The notes beneath the pieces were generated by a model. The model did not search any database, was not told the origin of the DNA, and worked only from the letters and a program-made list of their open reading frames with translations. A stretch of 64,000 bases of DNA, taken from the NCBI GenBank assembly GCA_965242725.1, contig CBDESZ010000016.1, positions 267,353-331,352 on the forward strand. The letters run 5' to 3'. The stretch is from Alkalispirochaeta sp. (GTDB taxonomy: Bacteria; Spirochaetota; Spirochaetia; DSM-27196; Alkalispirochaetaceae). Shown here piece after piece: positions 20,068 through 29,736 of this stretch (its first letter is position 1; each line of letters opens with the position of its first letter). A program made the position numbers and the translations under genes.

Positions 20068-21570
20068 TTACGGTTCCGAAGCCGGAGGCGGATCGAGGGG
20101 GAAGTGAATGGTGAATCGCGACCCCGACGTCCCGTCGACGGAGAGGGTGCCGCCCAGCTGGCTTGTCAGACCGGAAATGAGGGTGCGTCCAAGGGTATCG
20201 TCGGTTTCCCGTTCAAAATCTTCGGGCAGGCCGATTCCGTCGTCGGTTACAAGCAGCCGGATCCTGTCCTGATCCAGCCGTGTCATGGATACGTGAATTG
20301 TCCCATCGGCGAGGCCGGGAAAGGCGTATTTCAGACTGTTTGAAATCAACTCGTTCAAGAGCAACGCCACAGGAACGGCTTGTTGAATCGTCATCGCTAC
20401 GGGATCTACATCGAGGTCGAGGGAGATGCGGTCCCGAGGTGCCGCGTACGCTTCAAAGAGATGGTCGCAGAGGGACGCGACGTACGCTTCAAGGTCGATA
20501 TAGGCGTAGTTTTCACTTCTATAGAGCTGTTCATGGACGAGGGCCATCGACTGAATCTGCATTTGCGCGTCGGCAAAACGGGAGAGGGCGGTGGTGTCCT
20601 CTATGCCGGCGGATTGAAGGTTCAGCAGGCTTGAAATGATCTGAAGATTGTTCTTGACCCTGTGGTGAATTTCCGCCAGGAGAATGTCCCGCTCCCGGAG
20701 GCTCTGACTTAACAGGCGGATCGCCTCCTTCCGCTCGGTGATGTCCCGGATGATACCGACGGAGCCGGGAACACCGTGTTCATCGGTCATCGCCAGAAAA
20801 CCCACCGAGTTGACGCCGCCGTAGGCAATGATGTTCCCGTAGAACTCATTTTTTTCCGGCGTGTCTTCCTTGTGCCGCAATTTCACCTCGAGGTCCCGAG
20901 TCTTCCGTGCTCCGGTACGCCGCTCGTCAAAGAGCTTCGGTGCCTTTTCCGGCCCCGTCTCTTTTCCTTCGAAATCCTTCAGGACATGCCGGCGGCTTAC
21001 CCGTTCCACGTATTCCGGCTCCAGTATGACGGAGAAGTGTTTTCCGATGAGCTCTACGGGATCCCAGCCCAATGCCTTAACGGAATCGTTGATATAAACG
21101 AAGTGCCCTTCCGCATCAAGGGTATAGATGATGTCCGGAAGCGCCTGAACGAGCTCGCGATAGCGCTCTTCCGTCATCCGCAGTTTGTAGTTGTTCCGTT
21201 CAATATTTTCCTTGATATTCATGACCCGCTGGATCACTAACGGGAGAAACTGGATGTGCCGGAATTCGCCGTCGCGAATGACAAAATCGGCGGTCTGGTT
21301 CTGGACGATGTCGTCTATGTACTGGTATTCGGACCAGTCGGCTACGAGAATGAAGGGATGGCGCCAGAGATGGAGCCAGTTCGCAAAGCCACCGTTCTGA
21401 AAGGCGAGATCGGTGATGATAATATCGATGGAACCACCGGAAACGATACGATCCGCGTCGCCAACGTCTGAAGGGACGACCATCTCCATGTGCAGTTCCC
21501 GGTCGGCAATGACCTGACGGAACCGCTCCTGTTCCCGCGGATTCTCGATGGCAAAAAGAACGGTTGTCAT
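20068..21570 (-). CDS. Cytoplasmic REC-like/PAS sensor histidine kinase (HisKA_2 type)
   Basis: 'EIHHRVKNNLQII', 'NELISNSLKYAF', 'DDGIG'; PAS 'YINDS...ELIGKHF'. Confidence 0.9.
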   Translation of the reverse strand: MTTVLFAIENPREQERFRQVIADRELHMEMVVPSDVGDADRIVSGGSIDIIITDLAFQNGGFANWLHLWRHPFILVADWSEYQYIDDIVQNQTADFVIRDGEFRHIQFLPLVIQRVMNIKENIERNNYKLRMTEERYRELVQALPDIIYTLDAEGHFVYINDSVKALGWDPVELIGKHFSVILEPEYVERVSRRHVLKDFEGKETGPEKAPKLFDERRTGARKTRDLEVKLRHKEDTPEKNEFYGNIIAYGGVNSVGFLAMTDEHGVPGSVGIIRDITERKEAIRLLSQSLRERDILLAEIHHRVKNNLQIISSLLNLQSAGIEDTTALSRFADAQMQIQSMALVHEQLYRSENYAYIDLEAYVASLCDHLFEAYAAPRDRISLDLDVDPVAMTIQQAVPVALLLNELISNSLKYAFPGLADGTIHVSMTRLDQDRIRLLVTDDGIGLPEDFERETDDTLGRTLISGLTSQLGGTLSVDGTSGSRFTIHFPLDPPPASEP

Positions 21571-21652
21571 TTGGATAATACCTTTGCTTAAACCTACACC
21601 GACGGCCCGACCTTTGCAAATCACTGCCACTCTTGAGTATATTCTTCACCAT

Positions 21653-23140
21653 ATGAGTCAGAAAACAGCCATTACGGTAGCACGGGGTGACGGAATCGGA
21701 CCGGAGATCATGGATGCGACGCTGCGGATACTCGAAGCGGCGGGTGCACAGATCGAGCCGGAGTATATCGACATCGGGAAAAAGGTCTTCCTCTCGGGGA
21801 ACACGACGGGTATCGAGCCCGCCGCATGGGATTCGATACGGAAGACTAAGGTCCTCTTCAAGGCGCCGATCACCACTCCCCAGGGAGGGGGATACAAGAG
21901 TCTCAACGTGACGATCAGAAAGTCCCTCGGCCTCTTTGCAAATGTACGGCCGGTACAGGCGTTCAATCCCTATATCGAGACACACTTTCCCGATATGGAT
22001 CTGGTGATCATCAGGGAGAACGAAGAAGACCTCTATGCAGGTATTGAACACCGCCAGACCGCGGAGGTTACCCAGTGCCTCAAGCTCATCACCCGTCCGG
22101 GAAGCGAGCGGATCATCCGTTTTGCCTTTGAATACGCCCGTACCTACAACCGTACCAAAGTGACGTGCATGATCAAGGACAACATCATGAAGGTCACCGA
22201 TGGTCTCTTCCATAAAATCTTTGACGAAATTGCGGCGGAGTATCCTGAAATCGAATCCAATCAGCAGATTATCGACATCGGGACGGCCCGGGTTGCCACC
22301 GCGCCGGAGCGGTACGACGTCATCGTCTCACCCAACCTGTACGGCGACATCATCTCAGACGTCGTGGCGGAGATGTCCGGCTCCGTCGGTATGGCGGGGA
22401 GCGCCAACATCGGTGCCGAAATTTCAATGTTTGAGGCGATTCACGGTTCCGCTCCGGACATCGCCGGCACCAACAGCGCCAATCCGAGCGGTCTCATCAA
22501 CGCGGCGCTCCAGTTGCTCGTCCACATCGGTCAGGCGCCCGTGGCGGAACGGGTGCATAATGCGTGGTTGCGGACAATTGAGGACGGACTCCACACCGCC
22601 GACATTTACCGTCCCGGCCACAGCGACCACCTTGTAGGGACAAGGGAATTTGCCGACGCCATCATTGAGCGTATCGGTTCCGCCCCCAAACGACTCAAGC
22701 GGTGGAGCATCGATACATCAAAGGATACCCGTATCGTCGTACCACGGTACGTCAGGAAGAAGGTGGAAAAGAAACTTGTCGGCGCAGATCTTTTCGTCGA
22801 CTGGGCAGGTGAGCCCATGGATCCTGCCGTGATCGGCGGGGATCTGGAAAAGCTCGCCGCCGAGGCGGGCGCGCTCAAGCTGCGGATGATTACCAACCGG
22901 GGAGTAAAGGTCTATCCCAGGGGCTTCCCTGAGACATTTCTCACCGACCACTGGCGATGCCGTTTCGTGGGAGCACAGACGCCCGACGGCGGAGATGCCA
23001 CGGAGTACCGCACCGTTGAACACAGGGACGTGACCCGCCTGATGGATCTCCTCACCGAGCGGGGGTACGAGGTGATAAAGACGGAAAACCTCTATCTCTT
23101 TGACGGCGAACGGGGATTTTCGCTGGGACAGGGAGAATAG
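21653..23140 (+). CDS. icd: NADP-dependent isocitrate dehydrogenase (C-terminally extended type)
   Basis: 'GDGIGPEI', 'KAPITTPQGGGYKSLNV', 'NLYGDIISD', 'FEAIHGSAPDIAG', terminal 'GFSLGQGE'. Confidence 0.95.
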   Translation: MSQKTAITVARGDGIGPEIMDATLRILEAAGAQIEPEYIDIGKKVFLSGNTTGIEPAAWDSIRKTKVLFKAPITTPQGGGYKSLNVTIRKSLGLFANVRPVQAFNPYIETHFPDMDLVIIRENEEDLYAGIEHRQTAEVTQCLKLITRPGSERIIRFAFEYARTYNRTKVTCMIKDNIMKVTDGLFHKIFDEIAAEYPEIESNQQIIDIGTARVATAPERYDVIVSPNLYGDIISDVVAEMSGSVGMAGSANIGAEISMFEAIHGSAPDIAGTNSANPSGLINAALQLLVHIGQAPVAERVHNAWLRTIEDGLHTADIYRPGHSDHLVGTREFADAIIERIGSAPKRLKRWSIDTSKDTRIVVPRYVRKKVEKKLVGADLFVDWAGEPMDPAVIGGDLEKLAAEAGALKLRMITNRGVKVYPRGFPETFLTDHWRCRFVGAQTPDGGDATEYRTVEHRDVTRLMDLLTERGYEVIKTENLYLFDGERGFSLGQGE

Positions 23141-23162
23141 GCTCCGCCTGCCGGGGCGCGGA

Positions 23163-24347
23163 TCAGTTCTCCCGCGCCGGCGAGGCGTTCAGGAACGGCA
23201 CAAGGACGATGCTGACGAGCATGAGTGCTCCAAGGCCGATAAAACCGCTCCGTACCGTTCCGTTTTCCGTCAGCACCCCCATCACCGATGGAAATACTCC
23301 ACTGGAAATGATGTTTACCCCCGGAATGATCACCGATACGGCGACGTTCCGGACCCGGGGCGGGCCGAGATCCGCCATCGCACTTACGGCGGCGGGAAAA
23401 AACGCGGCGATGGCGACGGGCTGCAGAAAGACAACAACCAGCATGGGAACGTTCTGAAGGAGTCCGATGGCGGTGGTGAGTACACCGGTGATGAGAAAGA
23501 CGCCGGCAATGAGCCGGGCAACCCCGATACGGTCGACCAGTACTCCGGCGACAAAGAGCATGCCGATGCCGCCGATTCGGGAGACGCTGAGGAGGGTGTT
23601 GACCGGTCCTACCGGGAGACCCTCCACGCGCACAAGAAACGTGGGAAGTATGGAATAGACTCCGATGGTGGAGCTTGCCGCCAGGGAGAAGAAGGCGACG
23701 ATCGCCCAGAACTCCTTCTGTTTCACGATGGACGCGAGATTTCGCAGTTGGATTCGTTCTCCGGGAAAGCGACCCGCCACGGAGTGGAGGTCAAAAAGTA
23801 TGCCCGTTATGAAGGCGGCGACGCCCGAAAGGCCGGCAACCCATCGCCAGTCGGCAATCATCGTTCCGATGCCGACGATGAGCGGCGCCATCACAAAGGC
23901 GAGGTTGGGGCCCACCTCATGAATGGCGATCGCCCGCCCCCTGATGCGGTCATCGACAAGGCTTGTCACCGCCGCCACCCCCGAGGGGGGATAGAGACCG
24001 GCGCCGCCGCCGACGAGGGTAAAGGCAACATATAGTCCCGACAGCGACCGGCTCACCGCCGTCAGGATCAGTCCGACGCCGATCACGAGCGCCGACAGTG
24101 CGATCGTCCTGCGGTGGTGCAGACGCTCCGCGAGATAGCCGGAACCGATCATCGTTGTCGCGTAGGAAATGGAAAGGGGAAGGAAGAGACGTGTCGCCTG
24201 GGCGGGACCGACGCCGAGATCAACCTGTATGAATACGAGGAGCGGCGCCACAAGGAGGCGGGCATACATGGAAAAGAAGATCATCGCGGCGAGGAACGTC
24301 ACGTGTGGCGCGGCGTCCCTCAGTTGAGTAAAGCGTTTTTCATCCAT
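23163..24347 (-). CDS. MFS transporter
   Basis: 394 aa, about 12 TM segments, 'GYLAER', 'GVLVDRIG'. Confidence 0.85.
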   Translation of the reverse strand: MDEKRFTQLRDAAPHVTFLAAMIFFSMYARLLVAPLLVFIQVDLGVGPAQATRLFLPLSISYATTMIGSGYLAERLHHRRTIALSALVIGVGLILTAVSRSLSGLYVAFTLVGGGAGLYPPSGVAAVTSLVDDRIRGRAIAIHEVGPNLAFVMAPLIVGIGTMIADWRWVAGLSGVAAFITGILFDLHSVAGRFPGERIQLRNLASIVKQKEFWAIVAFFSLAASSTIGVYSILPTFLVRVEGLPVGPVNTLLSVSRIGGIGMLFVAGVLVDRIGVARLIAGVFLITGVLTTAIGLLQNVPMLVVVFLQPVAIAAFFPAAVSAMADLGPPRVRNVAVSVIIPGVNIISSGVFPSVMGVLTENGTVRSGFIGLGALMLVSIVLVPFLNASPAREN

Positions 24348-24364
24348 TGTGTACTCGAAAGGTA

Positions 24365-27073
24365 CTACTTATTTGTAAGGTTAAATACCCCGTCCCAATC
24401 GGCCGGCGGCGCCTCCTTCTGGAATTTCCTTGACCGGTTGAAGAAGGTCGCGCTGGGGCCGTCTTCAGGAAACTCCCTGTTCAGGCGGGAAAAGACGCTT
24501 GTCGCTTCGCCCCATTCCCTGTTTTCAAAGAGATCGAGTCCCGCATGGAACTCAGCCACCAGTTGAACCTTCTCATCCGTCGCCGCATGGGATTCGTCGA
24601 GAATTTCAAAGAGCCGTACCGGCTCACTCACCCCGACGACGCGTACGCGATCAAGTTTTCGGGAAAGGAAATTATTGTCCGTTCCGTTGTGGGTGAGTTC
24701 GCTTGCAAGGATCCAGGTACCGTACTGTTTGTTGACTCCCTCAAGGCGTGCCGCAAGGTTTACCGCGTGACCCATGATTGTGTAGTCCATGCGATTGGTG
24801 GTTCCCATATTTCCCACGACCATTTCACCGGTGTTGATGCCGATCCGGGTCTGCAGGGGGCTTGGTGATAGATTTTCCGAGAGGAATCGGCGATTGAGCT
24901 CTTCCTCGACCTTCTTCATCTGTATTGCGGCGCGGCACGCCCGTTCTGAATGGTCGTCATAGGGGACGGGAGCTCCGAAAAAGCTGATGATCGCGTCGCC
25001 TTCAAACTTGTCGATCGTGCCGCGGAGATCGAGGACAATGTCACTCATTTCCGAGAGGTAATGGTTGAGAAGCCTGACGAGATCCTCGGGGTCGAGTGTC
25101 TCCGATATCGATGAAAACCCCTTCACGTCGGTGAACATCGCCGTGAGTTCCCGTTTTTCTCCCCCCAGACGGAGACGGTCGGGATCGTCGAGAATCTCGT
25201 TTATCACGTCCGTACTCAGGTAGTGGTTGAAGGCGTTGCGAATGTACGTCTTTTCCCGGGCAACCTCGACAAATTTATAGGTGCTTTGTCCCACCGCGGA
25301 AAAGAAGAGGGTGAGTACCGGCGCCATGATCGGCAAATAGAGACGCATTCCCACCATTGCCAATGCCGAACCGCCGGTGACCACCGCAACACCGGTAAAA
25401 CCGAGGAGCAGTGTGGTGTTTGCCGAGCGTTTGCGGCTCACAACGACAAAGAGGGCGGTAAAGACCGTGGCGATGACGATGGAGACCCAACGGGGAAGGT
25501 TGTCGATGAAGCGGCCCGTTACAATAGTGTTCACCACCGCGCCGTGGGTACCGGTGTTTGCGTACTCGTTGATGAAGGGGTTGACGCCGATATCGGTGGT
25601 ACCTGTACCGGTGTACCCGATAATGACAAATGAATCGGGAACCTGCGACGCGAGAATCTCCCGGGTTTCCAACAGGTCGTCAAGGATGGAACGGGTGTTT
25701 TCAAAGACCGTGGGAATTTCCTCCTGAAGGCCCGTGAAAAAATCCCTCATCTCCGAGGAAAGCTGAGGATCCTCCAGGGCCGCGGCGATATCGTCAAGAA
25801 TAGCGTCCTCCGCCGACCCCGAAAGAAAGGCTGAAGCCTCTTCTATGAAATACTCCCGGATGGACGCGACCTCCGCGATGGACTCGCCATCCCCCGTTTC
25901 CAGTACTTCAGATACGAGGCCGTCGGCGTAGTTGTAGGCGTCGAGAAAGTTCCGGTCGCCCTCGTGGTACTGGAGGTACCCGCCGCCATCCATGGCGTTC
26001 AGGTTATAGGCAAGGTCATCAAGAAGGCGTACGTAGTATATGAGTTCGTAATAGGAAAGGTGACGAAAGCTGTCTATGTACTCATCCTTGGGCCAGTTGA
26101 GCAGCAGCGTTCCGTCCTCCGCCAGGGGGATGCGGATGTCCCGCCGTGATTCCTCACCCGGTATCAGAGCGTCCCGGAGGACGACTGTGTTGTTGGTTAC
26201 GTCGACCTCCGACACACCGAGCCAGGCGATCAGGGGCGACACCACCAGCTGTCCGAACCACTCACCGTCGTACCGGCGGAAGAGCTCGATCCGGCGGCGT
26301 ACGCCGTCTTCGTCGACAACCACATTGGGAAATCCTGCGCCGGCGCCGCCGTCAAGGACCGCGTTAATGGCGGGGCGGATACCCATCGCATTCATGACAA
26401 GATCACTCTCACCCGAGACGATATCCCACGCAGCCTGCTCAATGGCAAAGGCGCGACGTTCGTCGGTAATAGGCTCCTCCGCGTCGGGAATGAGGTTCAC
26501 CGTGAACCACGCATCTCCGTGGGCCCGGGCGGCGGCACCGAGAATAACGTCGTTATTCCGTACGATGTCCTGGACGCGCTGCAGGAGACGGTTTTCGGCG
26601 TCGTCGGTCATACCGCGAAGATCCTCAAGGAAGTCCGTCGCATCCCCCGGAGGAATCTGTCCCGCGGCGATCGCCTGAATGAGACCTTCCACGCTTTCGT
26701 CGATTTCAGAAAATTCCCTGTCAAAGACACCGGGAATCTGCTGATCCAGGGTCTGGCCGTCAACCGCCAGTGGACTGGCGTCGACGTACTCAATATCGAA
26801 AACCACCGGACCTGAGTTGAACTCCCTCAAGGTGACCAGACCACGGGCCATGATGTCACGGGACCACGGCCACACGCCCACCCTGCTGATTGCAAGATCG
26901 TCCACATCGAGAAAGAGAATTTCCTCCCGCTGCTCTACTTCCGGTTTGATATGGAGCCACGCGTCGTAGACGTTGTGTTCCGCAGTGGTAAAAACTCCCA
27001 ATACTTCAAGTGTTCCAAATAATACCAACAAAATAACAGGCAGGACCCATACGACAAAACGCTTCATATTCAT
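24365..27073 (-). CDS. CHASE2-domain class III adenylate cyclase
   Basis: 'GVWPWSR', 'DEDGVRR', three TM segments, 'MFTDVKGFS', 'DKFEGDAI', 'DYTIMGHAVNLAARLE'; Lys/Asp residues suggest ATP specificity; start could also be 27067. Confidence 0.93.
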   Translation of the reverse strand: MNMKRFVVWVLPVILLVLFGTLEVLGVFTTAEHNVYDAWLHIKPEVEQREEILFLDVDDLAISRVGVWPWSRDIMARGLVTLREFNSGPVVFDIEYVDASPLAVDGQTLDQQIPGVFDREFSEIDESVEGLIQAIAAGQIPPGDATDFLEDLRGMTDDAENRLLQRVQDIVRNNDVILGAAARAHGDAWFTVNLIPDAEEPITDERRAFAIEQAAWDIVSGESDLVMNAMGIRPAINAVLDGGAGAGFPNVVVDEDGVRRRIELFRRYDGEWFGQLVVSPLIAWLGVSEVDVTNNTVVLRDALIPGEESRRDIRIPLAEDGTLLLNWPKDEYIDSFRHLSYYELIYYVRLLDDLAYNLNAMDGGGYLQYHEGDRNFLDAYNYADGLVSEVLETGDGESIAEVASIREYFIEEASAFLSGSAEDAILDDIAAALEDPQLSSEMRDFFTGLQEEIPTVFENTRSILDDLLETREILASQVPDSFVIIGYTGTGTTDIGVNPFINEYANTGTHGAVVNTIVTGRFIDNLPRWVSIVIATVFTALFVVVSRKRSANTTLLLGFTGVAVVTGGSALAMVGMRLYLPIMAPVLTLFFSAVGQSTYKFVEVAREKTYIRNAFNHYLSTDVINEILDDPDRLRLGGEKRELTAMFTDVKGFSSISETLDPEDLVRLLNHYLSEMSDIVLDLRGTIDKFEGDAIISFFGAPVPYDDHSERACRAAIQMKKVEEELNRRFLSENLSPSPLQTRIGINTGEMVVGNMGTTNRMDYTIMGHAVNLAARLEGVNKQYGTWILASELTHNGTDNNFLSRKLDRVRVVGVSEPVRLFEILDESHAATDEKVQLVAEFHAGLDLFENREWGEATSVFSRLNREFPEDGPSATFFNRSRKFQKEAPPADWDGVFNLTNK

Positions 27074-27154
27074 AACGATTACCATTGTAATACTTTGCAA
27101 TTATAATTGGTGAGAAATATACTAACGATAGGTAGAAGTTTCAGGAGAGAGTAT

Positions 27155-27616
27155 ATGAGAGAAAAATCGTTCCGACTCATCGTGGCGTTCGTATTGATCA
27201 CCGCGCCGCTGCTTGCCGTTCATGGTCAGTCCAACGAAACACTGGACGACCTGCTCAATCAGCGTCCCGCACAAATGGGGCATACAGCCTATCTCGTGCT
27301 GACCGCTGCGGGCCTTATTGAAGACGACGCGTCGCCTGAAGAGGCGCTTGCATACGCCACCGATGCCGGTTTTGTCCGCGGTTCGCCGGGCGTTTCCGAC
27401 GAGGTCACATTCGGCCGGTACTCGTATCTCCTCATGAAATCATTTGGTGTACGTGGCGGGGTGATGTACATGATCCTCCCGGGGCCGCGCTATGCGGCGC
27501 GGGAAGTTGTATACCGGGGATGGTCCCGCACCCGCCGCGCTCCGTCGGACGCGATTTCAGGCAATGCGGTCGTACGAATCACCAGCGTCTATCTTAACCA
27601 GGAAGGGGGCGAATGA
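27155..27616 (+). CDS. Exported hypothetical protein with SLH-like helical repeats
   Basis: AGGAGA SD, signal peptide, 'EVTFGRYSYLLMKSF' and 'AISGNAVVRI' segments; the SLH resemblance is tentative. Confidence 0.6.
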   Translation: MREKSFRLIVAFVLITAPLLAVHGQSNETLDDLLNQRPAQMGHTAYLVLTAAGLIEDDASPEEALAYATDAGFVRGSPGVSDEVTFGRYSYLLMKSFGVRGGVMYMILPGPRYAAREVVYRGWSRTRRAPSDAISGNAVVRITSVYLNQEGGE

Positions 27617-29025
27617 TGCGCCGATTGATGTTTTTTCTGCTGATTGTCCTGTTTGTATTCCCCCTCACACTGTCCTTTGCAATTGACTGGGGCGGCAGCG
27701 TCACCTCCATCGCCACGCAGCAGTCCGTGGACGAGGGGAGCGATGACGATGAATTCACCACCAACCACCGATTCGTTCTCTATCTCAACTCACCCCTCGG
27801 ACGCCGGTGGAGTTTTGTTTCCCAGGGTGCGGGAACGCTGGACGCGGAAAGTGTTTTCGCCGCCGATATCGAGAAGCTCTATTTTCAGCGAACCAGGGAC
27901 TTCGTCAATGACGAGAAATATCAGGAAGGCAACAGAGATCAGCTGCCGAATTTGATCGATATGACTACCCGTTTCGGCCGTTTTTCCCTCACCGATGCGA
28001 CGGGACTCGTCCTCTCCCACGCGGTGGACGGCATTAACGTCGATTTCAACAACCGTGGGTCACAGATCTCACTCGGCGCGGGGTATACCGGATTCATAAA
28101 CAAGGAGTTCTCTTCCGTTGCACTGAGTATCCGTGACTCCGTGGATATCGCCGACGACGAGACGCTTTTCGGACCGAGGCGTCTTCTGGGCCGCGGCACG
28201 GTCAGATTCCCGGAACTCATGTTCAACCAGAACGTCACCTTCGGGTTTGCATTCCAGCAGGATCTGAGGGATCCCACAGATGTGGTAGAACCCCTGACCG
28301 ACGGCAATGACGTGGAACAACAGGATCGCGGCGGGCTTGTGGATACCCAGTATGCTATCGCGAGGCTGGACGGTCCCCTTCCCACCGGTCCCGTCTCGTC
28401 GTTTTATTCCCTCACCTACATCTACAACACGGGACGGACCATGGGACTTCTGCCCGACGAAAATGCAGTCAGCGGTGAGAGTTATCAGTACAGCCCCATC
28501 AAGGGACAGTTGATCCGGGGTCAGGTGAATGTATTCCTGCCGAGGCTGATGTCCACGTCGGTGACGGCGGGTGTCCTTTACTCCTCCGGGGATGACGACT
28601 ATGAAAACTTCGTGGAAGGAAATACCGAAGGCGACGCGACGATGTTCACCGCCGTTACCCCCCTTGGGAAGGGAGTCGTTTTTGGACTGGAACCTGGAAA
28701 TACGATGACCAGCGAGATACAGTTGTCGGTAAAACCCCTGTCGGGTTTTGACAGTCCCGTCCTGCAGTCGCTGCAGGCTCAGCTTGGGTATTACAACTTC
28801 TACCGGACCGCGGCAACGGGACCTGTCTCGGCGGCATCGGTAGACGCTACCACCGACGGTTCGTCGCTGGGAAGTGAGATCGACTTCGTGCTTCGCATAC
28901 GACCCTTCAGCGATTTGGGGATCGGGCTGACCACGGGGTTTTTCTTTGGAAACGAAGATGTTCTGTTTGACGACGCCAACAGCTTTGACTACGTGGTGCG
29001 ACTCAACGCGTCGTTGAGCTTCTAA
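27613..29025 (+). CDS. Predicted outer-membrane beta-barrel protein
   Basis: Signal peptide, amphipathic beta-strands, 'LGSEIDF', terminal 'VVRLNASLSF'. Confidence 0.7.
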   Translation: MMRRLMFFLLIVLFVFPLTLSFAIDWGGSVTSIATQQSVDEGSDDDEFTTNHRFVLYLNSPLGRRWSFVSQGAGTLDAESVFAADIEKLYFQRTRDFVNDEKYQEGNRDQLPNLIDMTTRFGRFSLTDATGLVLSHAVDGINVDFNNRGSQISLGAGYTGFINKEFSSVALSIRDSVDIADDETLFGPRRLLGRGTVRFPELMFNQNVTFGFAFQQDLRDPTDVVEPLTDGNDVEQQDRGGLVDTQYAIARLDGPLPTGPVSSFYSLTYIYNTGRTMGLLPDENAVSGESYQYSPIKGQLIRGQVNVFLPRLMSTSVTAGVLYSSGDDDYENFVEGNTEGDATMFTAVTPLGKGVVFGLEPGNTMTSEIQLSVKPLSGFDSPVLQSLQAQLGYYNFYRTAATGPVSAASVDATTDGSSLGSEIDFVLRIRPFSDLGIGLTTGFFFGNEDVLFDDANSFDYVVRLNASLSF

Positions 29026-29043
29026 ATCTTGAGGAGGATGAAT

Positions 29044-29727
29044 ATGAATAAAAGCATCGTAGTCGGTGTTTTACTGCTCTTTGCCGCCGGGATGCTTTGG
29101 GGTCAGGCGCAGTTTTCCGAAGTGAACGGAAAAGTGGAAATTCGACCGGCATCGGGAGGCGCATGGCAAGCCGCCGAGGTCGGCATGACCGTGGATGAAC
29201 AGACAATGATCTCCACCGGTTTCAATTCAAGCGCGGAACTGCAAATGGGCGCGTCCACCGTCTCGGTGGAACAGCTCACCCGTATGGTCTTTGAAGAAAT
29301 TGTGGAACGAAGCGATTCCGTTGAAACGCGCATGAACCTCAGCGTCGGCAAGATGAGCGCCCAGGTGCGTTCCTCCGACGGGCGGGCTCAGGACTTTCAG
29401 GTGCGCAGTCCCATATCGACGGCTGCCGTTCGCGGTACGGACTTTGAGTTTGACGGCGAACAGCTGCGTGTAACGGAAGGAATTGTCGCCTTCGTCAACA
29501 ACTACGGTCAGCAACGCAGAATAAGCGTGGGTCAGAAGAGCCAGATCACGGAAGAGACCACCACTCCCACCGATCCGGTGGAAGAGGCTCAAGAGGACAC
29601 GACGACCAGCACCGAGCCGATCGGCGCAGGAAGTGACGACGAAAAAGAGGCACCCCAGATCGACACCGCGGTGACGCCGGCAGCGCCTCGGTCCACACGC
29701 GGAACGCTGACCATTCAGGTCCGATAG
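29044..29727 (+). CDS. FecR-domain exported protein
   Basis: GAGGAGG SD; signal peptide; 'ISTGFNSSAEL', 'FQVRSPISTAAVRGTDF', 'VTEGIV'. Confidence 0.85.
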   Translation: MNKSIVVGVLLLFAAGMLWGQAQFSEVNGKVEIRPASGGAWQAAEVGMTVDEQTMISTGFNSSAELQMGASTVSVEQLTRMVFEEIVERSDSVETRMNLSVGKMSAQVRSSDGRAQDFQVRSPISTAAVRGTDFEFDGEQLRVTEGIVAFVNNYGQQRRISVGQKSQITEETTTPTDPVEEAQEDTTTSTEPIGAGSDDEKEAPQIDTAVTPAAPRSTRGTLTIQVR

Positions 29728-29736
29728 GGAGGACGT

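Noticed and set aside
27098..27109. CAATTATAATTG palindrome in the cyclase/operon divergent promoter
   Set aside because: Short and AT-rich; explainable as overlapping divergent -10 elements
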